Shown piece by piece: positions 1 to 7,665 of a stretch of 64,000 nucleotides of DNA. Position 1 is the first letter of the stretch. Each line of letters starts with the position of its first letter. The translations under genes were made by a program, and so were the position numbers. Source of the DNA: Candidatus Latescibacterota bacterium (lineage in GTDB: Bacteria; Latescibacterota; UBA2968; UBA8231). The DNA lies in NCBI GenBank assembly GCA_964291625.2, contig OZ220089.1, forward strand, positions 4,352,001-4,416,000, written 5' to 3'. The notes under the pieces are model-generated. The model worked only from the letters and a program-made list of their open reading frames with translations. It made no database searches and was not told where the DNA came from.

Positions 1-751
1 ATGGTTGGGACCGGCCGCTGCCGGCCTCTCTCTCCTTTGACCATTCCTCCACCAGCCGCAACTCCCTGTCGTCCAGGTCCGCCGCGGGCAGCAGGTCGGG
101 CCGGCGCTCGAAGGTGCGGCGCAGAGCCTGACGCCGGCGCCAGGCCTCGACCTCGCCGTGGTCCCCGCGGAGCAGTTCCTCGGGGACGCGCTGGCCGTCG
201 AACTCGGCGGGCCTCGTGTACCACGGGCAGTCGAGGAGCCCGTCGTGGAACGAGTCGGCCATGGCCGAACTGAAGTCGCCGAGAACGCCAGGCAACAGCC
301 GGGTCACGGCATCGATCACCACGAGGGCCGCGGTCTCGCCGCCGGTGAGCACATAGTCGCCGATGGACAGCTCGCGGTCGATGAAGCGCTCGCGCAGGCG
401 CTCGTCGACGCCCTTGTAGTGGCCGCACAGCAGCACCAGGTGCGGCTGCAGCGACAGCTCGACCGCAGTCTGCTGGCCGAAGCGCTCGCCGTCGGCGGTG
501 AGATAGATGCCCAGGCCCCGGTCGAGTTCCAGCTCTTCCCAGCAGGCGGCCACGGGCTCCGGTTTGATGAGCATGCCGCCGCCGCCGCCGAAAGGGGCGT
601 CGTCGACGGTGCGGTGCCGGTCGATGGCCCAGGACCGCAGGTCGTGCACGGCCACCTCCAGGTGGCCGCCCGAGGCGGCCCGGCCCAGGATGCTCGTCTC
701 CAGTGGCTGGGTGAAGAACCGCGGAAACAGGGTCACCACGTCGATCCTCAC
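1..751 (-). CDS. trmD: tRNA (guanine37-N1)-methyltransferase, stop codon just outside the window
   Basis: Absent from the ORF track because it runs off the edge. Manual minus-strand translation from GTG at 751 gives MRIDVVTLFPRFF...GLLDCPWYTRPAEF...LLRGDHGEVEAWRRRQALRRTFERRPDLL. Follows rimM. Confidence 0.96.
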   Translation of the reverse strand, partial: MRIDVVTLFPRFFTQPLETSILGRAASGGHLEVAVHDLRSWAIDRHRTVDDAPFGGGGGMLIKPEPVAACWEELELDRGLGIYLTADGERFGQQTAVELSLQPHLVLLCGHYKGVDERLRERFIDRELSIGDYVLTGGETAALVVIDAVTRLLPGVLGDFSSAMADSFHDGLLDCPWYTRPAEFDGQRVPEELLRGDHGEVEAWRRRQALRRTFERRPDLLPAADLDDRELRLVEEWSKEREAGSGRSQP

Positions 752-752
752 A

Positions 753-1322
753 TCAGCCTCCCCGCTCCAGGAGGTCCTCGACGCCCCGTACGTCGATCCG
801 CCGCCGGTCCACGTCGATGCGGGTCACGAAGTCCCGGACCGCCGGCAGCAGAATCTCGCCGCCGTCCTCCAGCCGCACCGCGAAGACATCGCTGGCCGGC
901 ATCTCCAGCACTTCGGTCACCTCGCCGAGACAGCGGCCCTGGTCATCCCGGACCCGGCAGCCGATCACGTCGAAGACGAAGTAACGGCCCTCGGGAGGCG
1001 GGGCGACCTGATCCCCGGGGACCGTCAGGTATCCGCCCGTGATCCCCTCCCGCACCTCCTCCGGGGAGTCGATGCCCGCGAACTTCACAAGCACCCCCCT
1101 GGGGACCGGGCGGCACATTTCGACCTGCAGGTCGACATCCGGATGCCCGTCGCGCTCGAGCCGCACGGAGCGCAGCCCGTCGAATCGGTCCGGATCCCAG
1201 GTGAGGGGCTCCACGAGAACCTCGCCGCGGACGCCCCTGGCGCGCCGGGCAAAGCCGACGGCGACGCGTCCCGGTGCCCGCCCGTCGGCGGACCTACTCC
1301 TCTGCCGGCTCCCCGCCCTCAC
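753..1322 (-). CDS. rimM: 16S rRNA processing protein RimM
   Basis: VG..ARGVRGEV N-terminus and YFVFDVIGCRV...EMPASDV...LLPAVRDFV PRC barrel. Lies between rpsP and trmD. Start uncertain (GTG overlaps the rpsP end). Confidence 0.93.
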   Translation of the reverse strand: MRAGSRQRSRSADGRAPGRVAVGFARRARGVRGEVLVEPLTWDPDRFDGLRSVRLERDGHPDVDLQVEMCRPVPRGVLVKFAGIDSPEEVREGITGGYLTVPGDQVAPPPEGRYFVFDVIGCRVRDDQGRCLGEVTEVLEMPASDVFAVRLEDGGEILLPAVRDFVTRIDVDRRRIDVRGVEDLLERGG

Positions 1323-1707
1323 TGGACGCGGCCTCCGGGGCCTCCTCGGCCGGCGCGGCCTCCGGGGCTTCCTCCGCCTCAGCCGGCGCGGCGGCGCCGA
1401 GCTTCTTGCGGCGTTTGGGCTTGTCGGTGGTCAGCGCGCCCTGGCGCTCGACGCCCTCGAAGCCGCGCCAGCGGGCGAGGATGCCCTTGCTGCGCAGCAG
1501 GTCGTGGACCGTGGGGGTCATCTGGGCGCCCTTCTTCAGCCAGTCCACGGCGGCCTCCTCGTCGACCTCGAAGCGGGCGTGCACGGGGTCGTACGTGCCC
1601 AGCTCCTGCAGCGAGTGGCCGGAACGGGGGAGGCTGTCCGTCGTGGCGACTATGCGGTAGAAGGGGCGCTTCCTGCGTCCCATTCTCTTGAGTCGAAGCT
1701 TGACCAA
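1294..1707 (-). CDS. rpsP: 30S ribosomal protein S16 with acidic C-terminal tail
   Basis: MVKLRLKRMGRRKRPFYRIVA...LGTYDP...WLKKGAQMTPTV. Confidence 0.97.
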   Translation of the reverse strand: MVKLRLKRMGRRKRPFYRIVATTDSLPRSGHSLQELGTYDPVHARFEVDEEAAVDWLKKGAQMTPTVHDLLRSKGILARWRGFEGVERQGALTTDKPKRRKKLGAAAPAEAEEAPEAAPAEEAPEAASSEGGEPAEE

Positions 1708-1755
1708 GTGTCGATGGCTCCTGGAGTGGAGGAAGTGGTGGGGTTCGGAGTGGAA

Positions 1756-3102
1756 TCAGAGGGCCGGCATGGACAGGGGCAGGGACCTTCGGCCCCGTCC
1801 CTTGCGCCCCGGCCGGCTCATCTGGCGCAGCATCTTCTGCATGGCGTGGAACTGCTTGACGAGACGGTTCACGTCCTGGATGGAGGTGCCGCTGCCGCGG
1901 GCGATCCGCCGCCGGCGGCTGCCGTTGAGGATCTGCGGACGACGGCGCTCCTGAAGGGTCATGGAGTTGATGATCGCCTCGGTGCGGGTGAAGGCGCCGT
2001 CGTCGACGGGGGCCCCCTTCAGCGCCTTGCCGGCGCCGGGGATCATGCCCATCAACTGGTCCAGCGGCCCCATGCCCCGCACCGCCTGCAGCTGTTGCTG
2101 GAAGTCCTCGAAGGTGAACGCCTCCTTGCTCAGGCGGGCCTCCATGGCCGCGGCCTGCTCGCGGTCGAAGCTCTGCTCCGCCTTCTCCACCAGGGAAAGC
2201 ACGTCCCCCATCCCCAGGATGCGGGAGGCGACGCGGTCCGGGTGGAAGGGCTCCAGCCCCTCGAGGGTTTCGCCCGTGCCGACGTAGCGGATCGGCTGCC
2301 CGGTGGTCTGGCGGATCGACAGGGCCGCGCCCCCGCGGGCGTCGGAGTCCATCTTGGTCAGCACCACGCCCTGGAAGGCGATCCGCTCGTGGAAGCGGCT
2401 CGCCGTCTCCACCGCGTCCTGGCCGAGCATGGCGTCGGCGACGAAGAGGATCTCGTGGGGTTGCACGGCCTCGCGGACGGCCGTCAACTCGGCCATCATC
2501 TCCTCGTCGATGCTCAGACGGCCGGCGGTGTCGAGGAGGACGATGCTGCGGTTGTTGAGGCGCGCCTGCTGCACGCCGAGGCGGCAGATCTCGACCGGGT
2601 CGTCGGAGCCGGCTTCACCGGGCCCGAAGACGCCGACGTCGATGCTGGCCCCGAGGGTGCGCAACTGCTCGACGGCGGCGGGGCGGTAGGTGTCGGCCGC
2701 CACCAGGCAGGGGAGTCGCCCCCGCTCCTTGAAGTGGCGGGCGAGCTTGGCGGCCACCGTGGTCTTGCCGCAGCCTTGCAGACCGACGAGGAGCACCGCC
2801 GTCGGCGGCTGCGGCGCCAGCTCCAGCGGCGCGGCGGTGCCTCCGAGAAGGGCGACGAGCTCCTCGTGGACGACCTTGATCACCTGCTGCCCCGGGCTCA
2901 GGCTGCGCAGGACTTCGCGTCCGAGGGCCCGTTCGCGAACGCGCCCGAGGAAGCTCCTGGCCACCTTGAAGTTGACGTCCGCCTCGAGGAGGGCGCGGCG
3001 GATCTCGCGCAGGGACTGGTCGAGGGCTTTCTCGCTGATGCGCCCGTGGCCGCGCAACTGGCGGAAGACATCGTCGAAACGCTCTGTCAGTCTCTCGAAC
3101 AA
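1756..3102 (-). CDS. ffh: signal recognition particle protein Ffh
   Basis: TTG start MFERLTERF; ALLEADV, GLQGCGKTT, DTAGR, TKMDSDARGG and M-domain SRRRRIARGSG. Confidence 0.97.
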   Translation of the reverse strand: MFERLTERFDDVFRQLRGHGRISEKALDQSLREIRRALLEADVNFKVARSFLGRVRERALGREVLRSLSPGQQVIKVVHEELVALLGGTAAPLELAPQPPTAVLLVGLQGCGKTTVAAKLARHFKERGRLPCLVAADTYRPAAVEQLRTLGASIDVGVFGPGEAGSDDPVEICRLGVQQARLNNRSIVLLDTAGRLSIDEEMMAELTAVREAVQPHEILFVADAMLGQDAVETASRFHERIAFQGVVLTKMDSDARGGAALSIRQTTGQPIRYVGTGETLEGLEPFHPDRVASRILGMGDVLSLVEKAEQSFDREQAAAMEARLSKEAFTFEDFQQQLQAVRGMGPLDQLMGMIPGAGKALKGAPVDDGAFTRTEAIINSMTLQERRRPQILNGSRRRRIARGSGTSIQDVNRLVKQFHAMQKMLRQMSRPGRKGRGRRSLPLSMPAL

Positions 3103-3248
3103 ACCGCCGTCCCCGCGAGCGTAACCCCTTGCCGGAAAAGGAGTAAATATAGGTTGGAGGTGCCGCTCCCGCCACGGGCGGGAGGCCGCCGGGCGCGCTT
3201 CCCCGACAGCCCGGGGGATACCTCGGGCCGCGAGGCGCAACAGTAGGG

Positions 3249-4685
3249 GTGATGGTGGACGAGGACGGAAAGGACTTGGTGAGAGCGGCGGCCTCGGGTG
3301 ACGCCGGGGCCTTCGGCCGCCTGGCGGAAGCACACGCGGGCTGGCTGCTGGCGCGGATCTCGTCGAGGATGGGTTCGCGGGAGACCGCCGAGGACCTCCT
3401 GCAGGAGGTCTTCCTGGCGGCCTGGGAGCGGCTGGGGACGCTGCGCGATCCCGCCAGCTTTCCCGCCTGGCTGCGCTCGATCGCCGACAACCAGGTGCGC
3501 ATGTGGCAGCGCCGCCGCCTCACCCAGCTCGACCTGCTGGCCCGGCTGGAGATCGAGACCGGCCCCCCCGAGGCGCAGGCTCCGCGGGAGGAGGAGGTCC
3601 GCGGCCTCCTGCAGGAGGCCATCGGGCGCCTCGGCGCCGCCCAGCGGGAGGTCGTCGTCCACCACTACCTCAAGGGCTACTCCTACCGGCAGACGGCCCT
3701 CCTGCTGAACCTGAGGCCGGAGACCGTCCGCAGCCGTCTGCAGAAAGCCCGGTCACGACTGCGAGAGGAGATCATCGCCATGCCGGACTCGAGCTTCACC
3801 CAAGAGTATGAACTCACCGCCTCCGACCTGACCGGACTGCGTCACCTGGCCCGCGTCCGGGGCCGCGACCACCGGCGGATCCTGCGGTGCGTCTGCCTGG
3901 ACGCGGGAGGCCGCATGGTGGCCTGCGACGGCGCCCGGCTGCTGAGCTGGTCGAGCGGGGGTCTGGCCGCCCTCACGGCTCCCGTGATCCTGGAGTCGGT
4001 GGTTTCCGAGGCGATCCCGGAGGCGGAGGGAGCCACCCTGACGATCGGGGAGGAGGAGGCGACCTTGACGACCTTGAAGACGGGGGACGGCGTCAGCGTG
4101 GCTTTCCCCCTGCACCCGGGTCCCTACGTGCGCTACGAGGAGGTCCTGGCCAGCTATCCGCCCGGCCCCGTCTCCGCAGTCGCGGGGACCGCGGAGCTGA
4201 TGGCCTGCGTCGAGGAGATCGAGCCGTACCTGAGACCCCGGCACCCTGTCGAAACCCGGGGATGGGTCTACCGTCCTCTCGTCGAGATCCGCCTCTCGGG
4301 TCCGGAGAGCCGGCTGACGCTGCGCACGGGCCGGGACCAGGGATTCACCCGCGTCGAAGATGCGGCGCCGGACCTGGGTCCGGGGGGGCCCGAATGGACC
4401 CACTCGGTGGCTTGCCCGGTGCGGGCGAAGGGTCTGGAGGGGGAATCCTTCCGGGTGGGAGTCAACCACGATTTCCTGAAGGCGATCGCGGCGGCTCTGG
4501 GGGACGCGGGCGAGGAGATCCGGATCCGCCCCGGGGAAGGGACCGGGGAGGGCTGGCCGCCGGCCCTCCACTTCGACGTGGGCGGCGGCCGCCACAGCGC
4601 CCTGCTCATGCCGATGCGCATGGAATCTCGGGAGCCCCGGGAGGGTGCCTCGGCCGCGACGGCCGGGCAAGTCCCTCAACCCTGA
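3249..4685 (+). CDS. ECF sigma factor fused to DnaN (beta-clamp) domain II-III-like region
   Basis: N-terminal about 175 aa has sigma region 2 (AEDLLQEVFLAAW...FPAWLRSIA) and region 4 (GYSYRQTA...TVRSRLQKAR). C-terminal part has VACDGARL, GPYVRYEEVL, VGVNHDFL and ALLMPMRM, which resemble DnaN motifs. Confidence 0.85.
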   Translation: MMVDEDGKDLVRAAASGDAGAFGRLAEAHAGWLLARISSRMGSRETAEDLLQEVFLAAWERLGTLRDPASFPAWLRSIADNQVRMWQRRRLTQLDLLARLEIETGPPEAQAPREEEVRGLLQEAIGRLGAAQREVVVHHYLKGYSYRQTALLLNLRPETVRSRLQKARSRLREEIIAMPDSSFTQEYELTASDLTGLRHLARVRGRDHRRILRCVCLDAGGRMVACDGARLLSWSSGGLAALTAPVILESVVSEAIPEAEGATLTIGEEEATLTTLKTGDGVSVAFPLHPGPYVRYEEVLASYPPGPVSAVAGTAELMACVEEIEPYLRPRHPVETRGWVYRPLVEIRLSGPESRLTLRTGRDQGFTRVEDAAPDLGPGGPEWTHSVACPVRAKGLEGESFRVGVNHDFLKAIAAALGDAGEEIRIRPGEGTGEGWPPALHFDVGGGRHSALLMPMRMESREPREGASAATAGQVPQP

Positions 4686-4716
4686 GGTCCGGGCTGCCGA
4701 GCGGAGGGTCCGCGGG

Positions 4717-5388
4717 TCAGGAGGGGCGGTAGCGCTCCGACCCGCGGATCCGCCGAATGGCCTCGGCCGGATCGGCGGCGCCGAAGACGGACGACCCGGC
4801 CACCAGCCAGGAGGCCCCGGCCCGGCGGCACTCGGCGGCGTTGCCGGGGCCGACGCCGCCGTCGATCTCGATGGGCACCTCGAGGCCGCGCTCGGCGAGC
4901 ACGGCGCGCAGGGCGCGCACCTTGTCGAGCACCCCGGGCATGAAGGACTGGCCGCCGAAGCCGGGCTCCACCGACATCACCAGCAGCAGGTCGAGACTTT
5001 CCAGATGAGGCAGAAGCGGGTCCACGGGCGTGCCGGGGTTGACGGCCAGGCCGCGGCCGAGGCCCAGGCGCCCGATCTCGGCCAGCAGCGGGGCGGGGTC
5101 GGCGTCGATCTCGACGTGCACCGTCAGGGAGTCGGCTCCGGCGCGGGCGAAGGCCTCGAGATAGGCCCCGGGGTCGGTGAGCATCAGGTGCGTGTCGAGG
5201 CGCAGGCGCGTGCACCGGCGCACGGCCTCGACCACGGGGATTCCGTAGCTGAGGTTGGGGACGAAGCGGCCGTCCATGATGTCCAGGTGGAGGAAGTCGG
5301 CGCCCGCCGCCTCCACGCGCTCGATCTCGCTCTCGAGGCGGGCGAAGTCGGCGGCCAGGAGGGAGGGGGCCACGGAGACGGCGCTCAT
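4717..5388 (-). CDS. rpe: ribulose-phosphate 3-epimerase
   Basis: APSLLAADF, HLDIMDGRFVPN, MSVEPGFGGQ, IEIDGG. Confidence 0.97.
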   Translation of the reverse strand: MSAVSVAPSLLAADFARLESEIERVEAAGADFLHLDIMDGRFVPNLSYGIPVVEAVRRCTRLRLDTHLMLTDPGAYLEAFARAGADSLTVHVEIDADPAPLLAEIGRLGLGRGLAVNPGTPVDPLLPHLESLDLLLVMSVEPGFGGQSFMPGVLDKVRALRAVLAERGLEVPIEIDGGVGPGNAAECRRAGASWLVAGSSVFGAADPAEAIRRIRGSERYRPS

Positions 5389-6140
5389 CGGGGATCCTCT
5401 CCGGCGTTGGCGGCGGGCGGCGCACTGATGACCACTTCGACGGCCGTGCGGCGGCTGGCGCGGGCGCCTGCCTCGGGGGTCTGGGACAGCACCTTTCCGG
5501 CCGCTCCGTCCACCGTCCGCCGCCGGATGGCGCCGAGGGTCATCTCGTACTTGCGAAGGCTGTCGGCCACGACGTCGATCGGCAGACCCACGACGTCGGG
5601 GACCCGCTTCGGGGCGGAAGGAGAGCCGCTGCTCACCACGAGATGCACCGTGGACCCGCGCTCGACCCGCTCACCGGCCTCGGGGCGCTGCCGAATGACC
5701 ACGCCCGAGGGAAAGGTGGTGGAGGAGGCGTACTCGACGGTGCCCCGCCGGAGCTGGCCTCCCTGGATCTTGAGGCCCGCCTCGCGCTCGCTGCCGCCCG
5801 TCACCTCCGGCACCGGGTAGAGCCGCGGACCCCGGCTGACGTCGACGAAGACCCGCCGCGCCCGCTTGATCTCCTCCCCGGTCCGCGGCGCCTGGTCGAC
5901 GATGTGGCCGATGGGCGCCGATTCCGAGAACACGCTGTCGCGGAGGGCCAGGCGCAGGCCCTCTCCCGCCACCCGCTCCCGTGCCGCCTCCGCCGTGCCG
6001 CCGCGCAGGTCGGGCACCGTGACCATCGGCACCTGGACGATGGCGGGCATGATCAGCTTGTCGAGGGCCGCCAGGAACAGGAGGCCGGTGCCGCCGGCCG
6101 CCACCGCGAACGTCAACAGGGTGCGCAGGAGCCGATTCAC
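5385..6140 (-). CDS. membrane-anchored triple PASTA domain protein (no kinase domain)
   Basis: GTG start overlapping the rsmB stop, an N-terminal TM helix and three VPD/VPE-initiated PASTA repeats (Q.P..G..V...V.LVVS). Confidence 0.88.
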   Translation of the reverse strand: MNRLLRTLLTFAVAAGGTGLLFLAALDKLIMPAIVQVPMVTVPDLRGGTAEAARERVAGEGLRLALRDSVFSESAPIGHIVDQAPRTGEEIKRARRVFVDVSRGPRLYPVPEVTGGSEREAGLKIQGGQLRRGTVEYASSTTFPSGVVIRQRPEAGERVERGSTVHLVVSSGSPSAPKRVPDVVGLPIDVVADSLRKYEMTLGAIRRRTVDGAAGKVLSQTPEAGARASRRTAVEVVISAPPAANAGEDPR

Positions 6141-7480
6141 GGTTTCCTCCCGCGGTGGTGCAGCTTGTGGATCAGGGCGGCGTAGGCGCCGTCCCCGGCT
6201 TCCCGGCCGGGCAGCGTCTGGACCGTGCGCGCCGCCCAGGCGACGCCGGGGAACCGCCGCGAGGCCGCCTCCAGGCGGGCGTCCGCCCTGCGGGCCAGCA
6301 GGCCGTCGACGACGGTGTCGTTCTCCTCGTCCTCGAGGGAGCAGGTGCTGTAGACGAGCCGACCCCCGGGCCTCAGGGCCTCGAAGGCGGCCCCGAGGAT
6401 GGCCGACTGCCGCTGCGACTGCCGCGCCAGGTCGGACTCGGACTTCCGCCAGCGCGCCTCGGGCCGCCGCCGCAGGACGCCGGTGCCGCTGCAGGGCGCG
6501 TCCACCAGGACGCGATCGAAGGCTCCCGGCGGGTGGGGTCCCGCGGCGGCGTCCCCCGCAAACAGATCGATCCCCTTCAGACGCATGCGGTCCCGGTTCT
6601 CCCGCAGACGCCGCAGGCGGGCCCGGGACAGGTCTCCCGCCGCCACTCGCACCTGCCCCGCGGCGAGGGCGAGCTGCACCGACTTGCCGCCCGGGGCGGC
6701 ACAGGCGTCGAGGACCCGGTCCCCCGGTCTCGGGGCCAGCAGCTCGACGGCCAGTCCGGCGTTGAGGTCCTGCACGAAGCACCGCCCCTGACGAAAAGGG
6801 TGGGAATCGAAGAAACCCTCGGGCCGTTCGAGCCGGCAGGCCTCCGGTCGGCTGTCCACGAGCGCGGCGCCGAGGCTCTCCGGGAGGGACTCGACGAGAC
6901 GCTCGGCGTTCCCGAACCGCGGGTCGGGGCGCACGAAGAGCGCCGGCGGCTCGTTGTTGGCCCGCAGCAAGGCCTCGGTGCGGGCCGGCCCCCAGCGGTG
7001 GAGCCAGCGGCTCACGAGCCACTGCGGGTGCGAGTGATAGACGGACAGGTAGCCCTCCGGATCCCCGTCGCGGTGCGGGTAGGCCACGCGGGCGCCCTCC
7101 GCCGAGACGCGCCGGAGGACGGCGTTCACGAAGCCGGCGGCCCCGGCGTGGCCGTGGCGCCGGGCCAGACCGACGGCGGTATGAACGGCGGCGCTCGGAG
7201 GCACGCGATCGAGCCAGAGCAACTGGTAGGCGCCAAGGCGCAGGATGTGGAGGACGCGGGGCGTCAGGGAGTCGAGGGGACGGCTGGAGAACGACGCCAG
7301 GATCCAGTCGAGGCGGCCTCGCCACTGGAGGACCCCGGAGGTCAACTGGCGGACGAAGCGCCGGTCGCGGCCGTCGAAGCGGCTCTCCAGGCCCTCGAGG
7401 AGGGGTGCGAGCCGGGCGCCCGACTCGACCTCCTCCAGCAGGCGCACCGCCTCGGTGCGGACCGGGTCCGTCCTCGTCAT
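6137..7480 (-). CDS. rsmB: 16S rRNA m5C967 methyltransferase RsmB/Sun
   Basis: NusB-like N-terminus (LRLGAYQL, GFVNAVLR), DACAAPGGKS, DAPCSGTG, YSTCS. Confidence 0.95.
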   Translation of the reverse strand: MTRTDPVRTEAVRLLEEVESGARLAPLLEGLESRFDGRDRRFVRQLTSGVLQWRGRLDWILASFSSRPLDSLTPRVLHILRLGAYQLLWLDRVPPSAAVHTAVGLARRHGHAGAAGFVNAVLRRVSAEGARVAYPHRDGDPEGYLSVYHSHPQWLVSRWLHRWGPARTEALLRANNEPPALFVRPDPRFGNAERLVESLPESLGAALVDSRPEACRLERPEGFFDSHPFRQGRCFVQDLNAGLAVELLAPRPGDRVLDACAAPGGKSVQLALAAGQVRVAAGDLSRARLRRLRENRDRMRLKGIDLFAGDAAAGPHPPGAFDRVLVDAPCSGTGVLRRRPEARWRKSESDLARQSQRQSAILGAAFEALRPGGRLVYSTCSLEDEENDTVVDGLLARRADARLEAASRRFPGVAWAARTVQTLPGREAGDGAYAALIHKLHHRGRKP

Positions 7481-7559
7481 CTCCACAGGGCCGTCACCCC
7501 GGCCAAAGGTAGAGCCCGGTGGGGATGAGGCAAAGGCGCCGAGGGCCGCAGGGGACACC

Positions 7560-7587
7560 TTGACCCTGCGGGGTCCACGGCTATATT
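7560..7587 (+). promoter_or_regulatory. sigma70-type promoter for the recJ operon
   Basis: TTGACC-16 bp-TATATT in the divergent rsmB/recJ gap. Confidence 0.5.
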
Positions 7588-7665
7588 CGGCGACTCTCCC
7601 CCCCAGGAGGGTCTCGCGCCGGCACGGCCGGGGCCCCTCCTCCACCGCCTGCGTCAGAAGTCATC

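Noticed and set aside
3780-4685. Calling this the replicative dnaN
   Set aside because: It lacks clamp domain I, is fused to a sigma factor, is divergent, and has no dnaA/recF/gyrB context.
4717-7480. PASTA protein without a kinase between rsmB and rpe
   Set aside because: Stand-alone PASTA genes in this context are already known in several Gram-negative phyla.
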